Below are positions 29,196 through 38,160 of a DNA stretch of 64,000 nt, one piece after another. Positions within the stretch are counted from its first letter, which is position 1. Every line of letters starts with the position of its first letter. Under the pieces are notes generated by a model. The model worked only from the letters and a program-made list of their open reading frames with translations, was not told where the DNA came from and did not search any database. The DNA lies in the NCBI GenBank assembly GCA_031370005.1, contig JANMPT010000021.1, positions 32,001 to 96,000 of the forward strand, written 5' to 3'. This DNA is from Bdellovibrionales bacterium (GTDB lineage Bacteria; Bdellovibrionota; Bdellovibrionia; Bdellovibrionales; Bdellovibrionaceae). The translations under genes and the position numbers were made by a program.

Positions 29196-29206
29196 AGACA
29201 CAAATC

Positions 29207-30616
29207 TTATTCTTCGTCAGACAACTCATCATCTCCGACAATTCCGAGATTGTACTTCTCAATACGATAACGCATGGAACGGAAAGAAATGTGCAAAAGT
29301 TTTGCTGCACGTTTCTTTACTCCACCGCCCGAGTGAATTGCTTTAATAAGCAGCTCTTTCTCAATTTGACCCATGATCTTATCAAGATCTACTCCATCAT
29401 CGCCAATTTCAATTTCATTTGAAGAAGCCATTTTGCGGCCAGAAGTCGTGTTTACCATAGGAGGCAAACTCTCTGGTAAAATCATTGCACCACCCTCAAG
29501 TGCAACTGTTCGCTCTATTAAGTTTTCAAGTTCACGCACGTTCCCAGGATAATCATATTTCTTAAGTATTTCCATCGCCTCAGTGGAAATGCCACCAATA
29601 TTTTTATTAAGGCGTTCATTGTATTTTTTTAAGAAAAAATTTGCAAGCAAAGGGATATCATCACGACGTTCACGAAGGCTTGGCGTTTTAATATTGATCA
29701 CATTTAAACGATAGAACAAGTCCTGACGGAAAGTTCCCTTCTGAACCATATCATCAAGATTTCTATTTGTTGCAGCAATGATACGTACTTCAATTTTCAT
29801 ATCATCAGTGGCACCAACACGACGAATCACCCGTTCTTGAATAGCGCGAAGTAGCTTTACTTGAATTGTAAGGGGCAACTCACCAACTTCATCTAAGAAC
29901 AGGGTTCCGGTATTTGCCACCTCAAAAAGACCCGATTTGTCAGATACAGCCCCAGTGAAAGAGCCCTTTTTATGACCAAACATCTCTGATTCCATCAGGT
30001 TCTCCGGAATTGCTCCGCAGTTAATTGTGATAAATGGTTTATCTTTTAATGGTCCATTATAGTGAATTGCTTTTGCCACAACTTCTTTGCCTGTTCCAGA
30101 TTCACCCGTAATAAGCACGTTTGTAGGAGTCTGGGAAACACGTTTTACCATATCAAAAATCGCATGCATTGCTGTTGAGTTACCAACCATGCTTTGAAAA
30201 CTGTATTCTTTAACGAGTTCTTTTTTGAGTGATCTATTTTCAACTTCAAGGTTACGAGACCTAAGAGCGTTATGAATATTCAAACGCACTTCATCAATTT
30301 TGAATGGCTTTGTGATATAATCATAGGCACCCATTTTCATTGCCTCAACAGCTGTCTCAGTTGTACCGAAAGCCGTGATCATCATAAATACGATTTCAGG
30401 TGCAGTTTCTTTGACATGTTTCAGAAGCTCAATCCCCGTCACGAATGGCATTTGAAGATCTGAGATGATCATATCGAAGCTCTTCTTAGCTAAAAGCTCT
30501 TTGGCCTTTTGACCATCTTCCGCAAGGGTTATTTCATAACCCTCTTTTTTAAGCATGATCTCGAGAAACTCGCGGATTGATTCTTCATCGTCAACTACTA
30601 AAATACGGGATTTCAT
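29207..30616 (-). CDS. pilR: sigma54-dependent response regulator PilR
   Basis: Receiver domain, AAA+ (GESGTGKE, GSFTGA, FLDE) and HTH; downstream of pilS in a pilB-pilC operon. Confidence 0.88.
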   Translation of the reverse strand: MKSRILVVDDEESIREFLEIMLKKEGYEITLAEDGQKAKELLAKKSFDMIISDLQMPFVTGIELLKHVKETAPEIVFMMITAFGTTETAVEAMKMGAYDYITKPFKIDEVRLNIHNALRSRNLEVENRSLKKELVKEYSFQSMVGNSTAMHAIFDMVKRVSQTPTNVLITGESGTGKEVVAKAIHYNGPLKDKPFITINCGAIPENLMESEMFGHKKGSFTGAVSDKSGLFEVANTGTLFLDEVGELPLTIQVKLLRAIQERVIRRVGATDDMKIEVRIIAATNRNLDDMVQKGTFRQDLFYRLNVINIKTPSLRERRDDIPLLANFFLKKYNERLNKNIGGISTEAMEILKKYDYPGNVRELENLIERTVALEGGAMILPESLPPMVNTTSGRKMASSNEIEIGDDGVDLDKIMGQIEKELLIKAIHSGGGVKKRAAKLLHISFRSMRYRIEKYNLGIVGDDELSDEE

Positions 30617-30678
30617 GAATACTCCTAATGTATTATTCTCGCTTGTCACAGTAAGAATTTCAAAATATTTTATTTAAT

Positions 30679-32250
30679 CTATACATTTACAGCAGGAAAA
30701 ATAAGTATGAAACTCGTTCCGACTCCCTGCTCGCTCTCAACGAAGATCTGTGCTCCGTGACCTTCGAGAATTTTATGTGTCACAGCCAGACCAAGGCCTG
30801 TTCCTTTGCTCTTCGTTGTATGAAATGGCTCAAACATCCGACCTCGGGTGGACTCACTCATTCCGCAACCACTGTCTCTCAAAGTCATTTTCCATTTTTT
30901 GTTCTCATACTCAAAAATTACTTCAAACTTGGCTATCGGAATCTTTTCCATTGCCTGAAAAGCATTTATCACAATATTGAGGAGTGCTTGTTTCAGCTTA
31001 TCATGACGCCCCAAAATAACTGCTTTATCTGGAAACTCAATTTTTATCGTCACATCTTGACGAAGACTTTGATCAAACTTCAAACCATTTAAGATTTCTT
31101 TTGTAATACTCACAAGATCCACAGGATCTGTTGGCGGCTTTTCTGGACTGGAGTAATCTAGAAACTCAGTGATGAGATTATTAAGACGATCTATTTCGCG
31201 AAGAATGATCTTCATCAACTTGCGGTCGTCATCATTGTTTGTTGTTTGGCTCAAAAGCTCAACGCTGCCACTGATGCCCGCCAATGGATTGCGAATTTCA
31301 TGGGCAATCCCCGCCGCCAAGCCACCAACTGCTGCCATTTTTTCATTCTGACGAACCGAGTACTCTAGCTGCTTCACCCGTGTCAGGTCTTCAATCTGCG
31401 CGATATACAAATTCCCTTCCACCACAGGGCTAAATACTGATGACACGCTCACTTGTAAAATCTTAGTCTCCTGTGGGCTTTTCCAGTACAGGTCTTTTTT
31501 ATTTGTCACATCTTTTGACAAATCAGGAAGGAAATCAAAAATATTTAGATCCTTCAAAGTCATTCCACCAAAGATACCTCGGGCCGAAAGATTATCTTGA
31601 AGAATAATACCTGCTTGATTATAGGTCACAAGTCCTGATGGCATATGGCCTACGATAGCTTTGTTGAGCTCTTGAATCTCCTGAAGGGTTAATCCTGACT
31701 TCGTAAGCTCTACTCCCATAAACTGAAGCTGTTCGCTCAAATAGCCCGATAAGCCAGCTACAGAAAAAAAAGCAATATTGTTCAATGCCAAAAGAAAAAT
31801 ATAATTCATGACCTTCATTTCAGGGCCATAGAAACTTGCAAGTGTAAAAAAAATACTGCTAAAAAGAGCAATGGCTAGGGAGCCGCGGGATTGAAAAACC
31901 AAACCCGCCAACAAAATATTCACCAGATGTAAAAATAAGAATAATGACTGATTTAGGCCGCTAAAGGTAATCAGCAGTGACAGCAATAAGGAGTCAAGAA
32001 CAAAGCTAGCAAATAACAATTGACGTTTTTCAGCCAACCAATCCATAAAACGCACATAGAGCACATGAAAAGAAAGAGCAACGCAAATCACCAGATAAAA
32101 AGGCGCAACCAAAGACCAATTAACAAAACTTTTTTGGAACAAAAATGAAATTTGACTGACCAATAGAATCAGCAAGTAAAGACTGATTCGCGAAAAGGCG
32201 ACGATCAATCTTTGATTATAGTTTTTAGCGGGTCCTACTGCAGTATTCAC
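30679..32250 (-). CDS. pilS: Sensor histidine kinase PilS
   Basis: ~6 TM helices, PAS-like region, AHEIRNPL, N/G1/F/G2 boxes; synteny. Confidence 0.88.
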   Translation of the reverse strand: MNTAVGPAKNYNQRLIVAFSRISLYLLILLVSQISFLFQKSFVNWSLVAPFYLVICVALSFHVLYVRFMDWLAEKRQLLFASFVLDSLLLSLLITFSGLNQSLFLFLHLVNILLAGLVFQSRGSLAIALFSSIFFTLASFYGPEMKVMNYIFLLALNNIAFFSVAGLSGYLSEQLQFMGVELTKSGLTLQEIQELNKAIVGHMPSGLVTYNQAGIILQDNLSARGIFGGMTLKDLNIFDFLPDLSKDVTNKKDLYWKSPQETKILQVSVSSVFSPVVEGNLYIAQIEDLTRVKQLEYSVRQNEKMAAVGGLAAGIAHEIRNPLAGISGSVELLSQTTNNDDDRKLMKIILREIDRLNNLITEFLDYSSPEKPPTDPVDLVSITKEILNGLKFDQSLRQDVTIKIEFPDKAVILGRHDKLKQALLNIVINAFQAMEKIPIAKFEVIFEYENKKWKMTLRDSGCGMSESTRGRMFEPFHTTKSKGTGLGLAVTHKILEGHGAQIFVESEQGVGTSFILIFPAVNV

Positions 32251-32256
32251 GAAGGA

Positions 32257-33492
32257 CTAACCCCCACCGACTATATCGCCCATATTAAAGATCGGCAAGT
32301 ACATGGCAATAACTAGAACTGCAATGATTCCCCCTAAGAAAACCATCATCAGTGGCTCAATTAAAGACGTCATGGCCTTAACTGCTGTTTCAACTTCATC
32401 TTCATAAAAATCAGCTATTTTTCCAAGCATCACGTCCATGGTTCCGGACTGCTCTCCGATAGCTATCATTTGCACAACCATTTCTGGAATTATTTTTTCT
32501 TTACCAAGGGGCGCTGAGAAACTAAGACCTTGGGTTACTGACTCTTTGCTTCTCATTAAAATGGATTCAATAACACCATTGCCTGATGTGCGTGCTGCGA
32601 TTTCGATAGCGTTTATCAGACCTACCCCTGAGGATAACAAAGTTGATAGCGTTCGGGTAAAGCGCGCAATGGCAGATTTTAATGCAACTTCTCCGACAAC
32701 AGGAACTTTCAAAACAAAACGGTCGAAGTTTTGCTTTCCCTCAGTCGTATCCAGATAATTCATGATTCCAAAAGGAATCACAATAGCGCCTCCAACAAAT
32801 AAATACCATTTTTTAACAAGACTATTACTTAGCGCCACTACCATTTGAGTCAATGCAGGCGGCGCTTTCCCAGCAGAACTAAAAAGATCATTAAATTTTG
32901 GTATAATAAAAATTAAAATTCCTGAAATTACGACCGCAGCAACAACTAGAATAACAGCCGGGTATACCATGGCACCTTTTACTTGGCCTTTGATCTTCTC
33001 AGATTTCTCCATATAAAGTGCTAAACGATTTAAAATGGAGTCCAAAATACCGGCCTCTTCACCTGCTTGAATCATATTCACGTAAAGTTTATCAAAAACC
33101 CCAGAAGTACCAGACATAGAATCGGAAAGTCGTTTTCCATTTTCAATAGAAGTCTTTACTTTTGCTGCGGCATCGCGAAGTGGCCCAGGTCGCAATCCCT
33201 CCGAAAGAATTTTAAGAGCATCTACTACAGGAATACCTGCATTGATTAGTGTGGCAAACTGGCGAGTAAAAATCTGGAGATCTTTACTTTTCACTTTCGG
33301 TGCAAACAGACCGCCGCCCATGCTGGTTTTTTTTGCTGAAGCCTTGGACGTCCCGCTGCTTCTTGCTAGACGCAAAGGGATCAATTGCTGCGCTCTTAAA
33401 CGCACACGTGCTTCATTTTCATTAGCAGCCTCAAGCTCTCCTTGAAGAGTCTGCCCTGTTATGTTTTTAGCAGTATAAGAAAAACGAGCCAT
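32257..33492 (-). CDS. pilC: Type IV pilus platform protein PilC
   Basis: FTRQFATLINAG, AGEEAG.LD, AMVYP, GEQSG, EP, AMYLPIF. Confidence 0.95.
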   Translation of the reverse strand: MARFSYTAKNITGQTLQGELEAANENEARVRLRAQQLIPLRLARSSGTSKASAKKTSMGGGLFAPKVKSKDLQIFTRQFATLINAGIPVVDALKILSEGLRPGPLRDAAAKVKTSIENGKRLSDSMSGTSGVFDKLYVNMIQAGEEAGILDSILNRLALYMEKSEKIKGQVKGAMVYPAVILVVAAVVISGILIFIIPKFNDLFSSAGKAPPALTQMVVALSNSLVKKWYLFVGGAIVIPFGIMNYLDTTEGKQNFDRFVLKVPVVGEVALKSAIARFTRTLSTLLSSGVGLINAIEIAARTSGNGVIESILMRSKESVTQGLSFSAPLGKEKIIPEMVVQMIAIGEQSGTMDVMLGKIADFYEDEVETAVKAMTSLIEPLMMVFLGGIIAVLVIAMYLPIFNMGDIVGGG

Positions 33493-33493
33493 C

Positions 33494-34540
33494 TTAGATA
33501 CCCACCTTTTTAAGTAGTTGGTCAAGACCATCTGGATCGTGAGTTACTAAAAAAGCTTGTTTTACATCGATTTTTCGACGAATCAGCAGTTGCAATAAAG
33601 ACTGATTAAGAGTGAGCACCCCGTTTTTTTCTTGCTGTGTTTGCAAAAGGTCTTCTAAAGACGCTAATTGCCCTTGCCCCAAAGCGGTTTTCATTTGCGG
33701 AGTATTAAGCAACATTTCAAAACCAAGAATGGTGTCCTCAGATAGCGAGGTCATTGAATGTTGCGAGATCGCCATCTTTAGATGCTCAGCAAATCTCCAG
33801 AGAGAATGTGGATTAGGTCTTTCCGAAAGAAGCTCTAGACACTTATGGAAGGCACTCATCAAAGAATGCGAAGCTATGGTCATCATCACCATTTTTCCTT
33901 CATCACAAAGATCCATGGCTTGAGTCAAAGAATGCGCAGTCACAGTTTCATGCAGAACAACCAAATCTGCCCCTGAAAAAAAACCATTTTCTGCAGCATC
34001 AGTAACTGAAGTGCTTTGATAGACAAAGCTTGCCTTTTCTTCAGGAATTCCTGGGAAGGCTTGCTTCGAAAAGACTGCACAATGGAAAGCATAATCTTTA
34101 TTTAGTCGATAAAGGGTCTGCGCCAAAGTATTTGTTTTATAAGGATGTACTGGACCGGCCAAGAGGATCAAACCTTGGCGACGGCTAAGAGTTTCTAAAA
34201 ATACCGTTGGCAGACTTAGTTCAATCTCAAAAACGTTCAGTGGCTCAAAGCAAAAATGCGCCTTGAAGCAATCATGACTCTGAAAAATACTATATGAAGT
34301 CCGAAAGCCATCTGACATCTGCACACAGCCCTGCAAAGAGCCTTTGCGCTCAAGAGTTAGCAGCTGTTCGCTCTTAAGTAGGGCTTTTAAAACATGATTC
34401 CACTCGCTTAAAAGTATGGGGGAAGAATCCAAACTTACCCAGTTTTGTTGAATACGACACTTGGGTTCGCCCCCTAACACTAAAAGAAGTTCCTGAGACT
34501 TTTTCTTTCTTGCTTCGGAAAAATAGTTCAGGTTCCCCAT
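33494..34540 (-). CDS. PilT-like protein with degenerate ATPase motifs
   Basis: Length, position between pilB and pilC, and residual PilT similarity (GLILLAGP...KTNTL, ISQ, EMLLNTP, G..TLNQSL..L). Confidence 0.75.
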   Translation of the reverse strand: MGNLNYFSEARKKKSQELLLVLGGEPKCRIQQNWVSLDSSPILLSEWNHVLKALLKSEQLLTLERKGSLQGCVQMSDGFRTSYSIFQSHDCFKAHFCFEPLNVFEIELSLPTVFLETLSRRQGLILLAGPVHPYKTNTLAQTLYRLNKDYAFHCAVFSKQAFPGIPEEKASFVYQSTSVTDAAENGFFSGADLVVLHETVTAHSLTQAMDLCDEGKMVMMTIASHSLMSAFHKCLELLSERPNPHSLWRFAEHLKMAISQHSMTSLSEDTILGFEMLLNTPQMKTALGQGQLASLEDLLQTQQEKNGVLTLNQSLLQLLIRRKIDVKQAFLVTHDPDGLDQLLKKVGI

Positions 34541-36256
34541 TTAGATATCCTTCACAGATGAGTTAAGTACCTCTTCAATTGTCGTTATCCCATGTTTTAA
34601 TTTAATCAAAGCACTTCGGCGCAGAGTCCGCATCCCTTCCTCACGAGCAAGGAAACGCAACTGCCCTGCGGAGCCTCCCTTTAAAATCGCATCTTTAATT
34701 TTTTCACTCATCGCCATTAATTCGTAAATTGCGGCGCGACCTTTAATGCCTGAGCCATTGCAAGTTGCACAACCACGACCTTTAAATAATTGATATTCAG
34801 GTACCTCGTCAGGATGAATTCCCATGTTCACCAGGGTTTTTGCTGGAACATCAATAGGGGTCTTACAGTTTTCGCAGATTTTACCCACGAGACGCTGAGC
34901 CACGATCAAATTCACAGTGGCCGTAATAATATACGGAGCAACTCCCATTTCTGTTAGACGAACAATTGTCGCAGGAGCATCATTTGTATGCAAAGTACTT
35001 ACAACCAAGTGACCTGTGGAGGCCGCTTTAAAGGCGATCTCCGCCGTTTCAAGGTCACGGATCTCCCCCACCATCACAATATCAGGATCTTGTCGAAGAA
35101 ATGATCTTAGCGCCTGAGAAAATGTTAGATTTATATCCGCATTCATTTGGACCTGATTGATTCCTTCTAAATTAAACTCCACTGGGTCTTCTGCCGTGCT
35201 GATATTTACGTCAGATTTATTTAATTCATACAGAGCAGAGTAAATAGTGGTGGTCTTACCTGAACCCGTCGGCCCCGTAATTAAAACCATACCTTGCGGA
35301 AGGTTGATGAGTTGCTTAAAAAGCTTTAAATCGTCCTCTTCAAAACCCAGCTTTGTCATGTCCAGCTGCAAGTTTGATTTATCTAAAAGACGAAGCACGA
35401 CCTTTTCGCCAAAGAGTGTTGGCAGTACGCTCACACGAAAATCCATCTCTTTCCCTTTAGAGGTTCGAACTTTCAGGCGACCATCCTGAGGTCGGCGTTT
35501 CTCTGCGATATCCAGTTTTGACATAATTTTAATACGAGACGCGATGGCTGCCGCCGAACCCGCCGGGGGAGCCGTCGCCTCAATCAAACCCCCATCGATA
35601 CGAAAGCGCACACGATAACGTTTTTCATAGGGTTCAAAGTGAATATCTGAAACACGACGTTTAATCGCATCAACCAAAATCGCATTTACAAACTTAATGA
35701 TTGGAGCGTCCTCACCGCCACTGCCTCCACTCTCGTCGATAGTTTCGATATTGGCTTCACCCATGGCTCCGAACTCTTCGTCTTGCGTTTCTTGGCTCAT
35801 GGAATTGAGAGCTTTTGAGCTGATCAAGCCACCATAATTTTTATCGATTGCAGAAGCAATTGCAGTTTCCGTACCGACCACTGCCTGAATACGACAGCGA
35901 GTAATGAAGCGCAAATCTTCTTTCACCACGACATTGCTTGGATCGGCAAAAGCGACCACCAATGTGCTGCCTGCTTTTTGAATTGGAATCAGGGTATATT
36001 TGTCGCAGATCTCTCGATTTACTAAGCTTACAACGCTTGCATCAATTTCAAAAGTATTTACCTCGACACCTGGAACTTGATAGTGCTTTTCCATGGCCCG
36101 AAGTATTTGATTATCTTTTAAAAAACCAAGGCTTATAATAATTTGACTCAGACGGGCTCCGCCTGATTTCTTTTGCTCTTCATGAGCTTGATTCAACTGA
36201 TCTGGACGTAACAATCCTTGTTTAACAAGAATTTCACCAACTTTGAGTGCAGACAT
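34541..36256 (-). CDS. pilB: Type IV pilus assembly ATPase PilB
   Basis: SDIHFEP, GPTGSGKTTT, AEDPVE, RQDPDIVMVGEIRD, STLHTNDA, two CxxC. Confidence 0.96.
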   Translation of the reverse strand: MSALKVGEILVKQGLLRPDQLNQAHEEQKKSGGARLSQIIISLGFLKDNQILRAMEKHYQVPGVEVNTFEIDASVVSLVNREICDKYTLIPIQKAGSTLVVAFADPSNVVVKEDLRFITRCRIQAVVGTETAIASAIDKNYGGLISSKALNSMSQETQDEEFGAMGEANIETIDESGGSGGEDAPIIKFVNAILVDAIKRRVSDIHFEPYEKRYRVRFRIDGGLIEATAPPAGSAAAIASRIKIMSKLDIAEKRRPQDGRLKVRTSKGKEMDFRVSVLPTLFGEKVVLRLLDKSNLQLDMTKLGFEEDDLKLFKQLINLPQGMVLITGPTGSGKTTTIYSALYELNKSDVNISTAEDPVEFNLEGINQVQMNADINLTFSQALRSFLRQDPDIVMVGEIRDLETAEIAFKAASTGHLVVSTLHTNDAPATIVRLTEMGVAPYIITATVNLIVAQRLVGKICENCKTPIDVPAKTLVNMGIHPDEVPEYQLFKGRGCATCNGSGIKGRAAIYELMAMSEKIKDAILKGGSAGQLRFLAREEGMRTLRRSALIKLKHGITTIEEVLNSSVKDI

Positions 36257-36291
36257 AGTACTATGCTAGCGTGAAGTGACATTTTTTGTAA

Positions 36292-37179
36292 CTAGACAGA
36301 AGATGGGTTTTTCAGCATGGACATATTTTCGCGGAATTTTTCAAAATAGTCCTCAAAACCTATATTCTGCTTTGGGAAAAGTTTCATCAGAATATCAACA
36401 TCACGTTGCGCCTGAACTGCAAGTCCTGAAAGGATTTTTAGATTCGCCCGAGAGGCCTCTTCTAAAAGTTGATTGTGGTTTGTACACTCAGAGATATCGA
36501 CCACGACTCCCCCTGATTTCATAAAATTGAAGTAAGATAAGTCCCCGAGAACCGCACTATTGTCCTGCAACTGCATTGTATTTAGCATTAAAGAACCTGG
36601 TTTTTCATGAACTGTCAGTGTATGAGCTGGAATTCCTTCAATTTCAACGCCAAACAAATAACGTCGAAGCAACTTCACTTCTTTATCTAATTTTTCAGTA
36701 TCCTCGTCAACAAGACTAACATGGGAAAATCCAAGCCCCACCAAGGCAGCCACCGCTGCACGCCCAGTATGGCTTGCTCCAATCACATAGGAGTTAAGTC
36801 CAATATCTAAATCATGAAACTGATTAATAATAAGCGTCCGAAGGGTGTCATATAAAAAGAGTCGTGGCCACCACTGATTGCCTTCAAGTACCAATGCATC
36901 CGCAGCTTCTAACCAATGAACTACTGTTGGCAATCTGGGAAAGTGTTCCAACAAAATTCCTGCACCTTCGAGAGGCACCTTCAACAACAATGCACCTTCT
37001 TGTACACTAGGCAGCCAAGTTTTTAGATCTTTCAATTCGCGTCCCGGCAACGCAATACATTCGGCCTGCCAATTCCGGCTTTTAAAATAATGATTCATAT
37101 GCAAGCCTGACAAAGACAATGTCTCTGCGATCTCAAGTATTTTACCAGACACATGGCTTGTTGTATTAGCGTCGTCCAT
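36292..37179 (-). CDS. Divergent shikimate-dehydrogenase-like protein
   Basis: AroE-like length and layout with a Rossmann strand VIGAS.TGRA; catalytic motifs altered; sits directly upstream of pilB. Confidence 0.6.
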   Translation of the reverse strand: MDDANTTSHVSGKILEIAETLSLSGLHMNHYFKSRNWQAECIALPGRELKDLKTWLPSVQEGALLLKVPLEGAGILLEHFPRLPTVVHWLEAADALVLEGNQWWPRLFLYDTLRTLIINQFHDLDIGLNSYVIGASHTGRAAVAALVGLGFSHVSLVDEDTEKLDKEVKLLRRYLFGVEIEGIPAHTLTVHEKPGSLMLNTMQLQDNSAVLGDLSYFNFMKSGGVVVDISECTNHNQLLEEASRANLKILSGLAVQAQRDVDILMKLFPKQNIGFEDYFEKFRENMSMLKNPSSV

Positions 37180-38104
37180 GAAAAAAATCCTTCGCCTGCT
37201 TAATATCTAAACGAATCTGTAACAACAACTCCTGAATGCCAGAAAATTTTTTCTCGTCTCTGATGTATTGTATAAGATCCACTTGAATTTCTTGTCCGTA
37301 AATATCATCATCAAAGTCAAAAAGATGAGTCTCGGTTTTAACCGGCGAATTCGTCTCCGCATGGAAAGTTGGATTGAAGCCAATGTTTGTAATTGAAGGG
37401 TAAGTTTTATTTCGGTGATGAGTTTGCGTAATATAAACACCACGTCGAGGCACAAAATCCACTGTCGGCGTCATATTTGCCGTTGGCACTCCAATTGTGC
37501 GTCCCCTAGCATCTCCATGATGAACGATGCCACGCAAATAGTAATCACGTCCTAAAAAACTATACACTTTCGAAAGATCCCCAATCTTCAAGGCATCACG
37601 AATCTTCGAAGAAGAAACAATCTGATTGTTTTCCTCATGGGCAGGAACCACCACTAATTTAATATTTTTCTCTTGGCAGATTTTTTTCAAATATTCGATG
37701 TCGCCCAGGCGATTAGATCCAAAGGAAAAATCATAACCCACCACAAGTGTTTTTATCTTGAGCTTATCAATCAAATAAAACTGCACAAAATCAGAGGCTG
37801 TGAGCTTTGCAAAATTAAGGGTAAACTCTTGCTCTATTAAATAAGTAATACCCAAACGATCAAGTTGTTCACGCTGGTCTCGTGAGTCAAAAAGGCGTTG
37901 AATTTTCCGTTCAGGATAAAGCACGCTCACTGGATGCGGATAAAAAGTAAAGACCACAATTGGCAATCCGAGGGCCCTTCCCTCTTTGACCGCTTTGTGT
38001 AATAACTTTTGATGGCCGAGATGGACCCCATCAAAGTTTCCTATACTCACAACAGAGGCCCTCCAGTCCTGGGGGAGCTCCTCGACACCCTGAAAATTCT
38101 GCAT
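37166..38104 (-). CDS. ribF: Bifunctional riboflavin kinase/FAD synthetase
   Basis: GNFDGVHLGHQ, VGYDF.FG, SSS.IR, G..RGRTIG.PTAN, NIG.NPTF, ETH. Confidence 0.96.
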   Translation of the reverse strand: MQNFQGVEELPQDWRASVVSIGNFDGVHLGHQKLLHKAVKEGRALGLPIVVFTFYPHPVSVLYPERKIQRLFDSRDQREQLDRLGITYLIEQEFTLNFAKLTASDFVQFYLIDKLKIKTLVVGYDFSFGSNRLGDIEYLKKICQEKNIKLVVVPAHEENNQIVSSSKIRDALKIGDLSKVYSFLGRDYYLRGIVHHGDARGRTIGVPTANMTPTVDFVPRRGVYITQTHHRNKTYPSITNIGFNPTFHAETNSPVKTETHLFDFDDDIYGQEIQVDLIQYIRDEKKFSGIQELLLQIRLDIKQAKDFFHGRR

Positions 38105-38160
38105 TAAAAAATAATACTCTATAAGCTCCTTTAATTCTTGAATTTTTCTCAGAATTTGCT

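Noticed and set aside
21659..29206. Prophage or integrative element at tRNA-Arg
   Set aside because: No integrase, phage or conjugation genes, and no att duplication found by eye.
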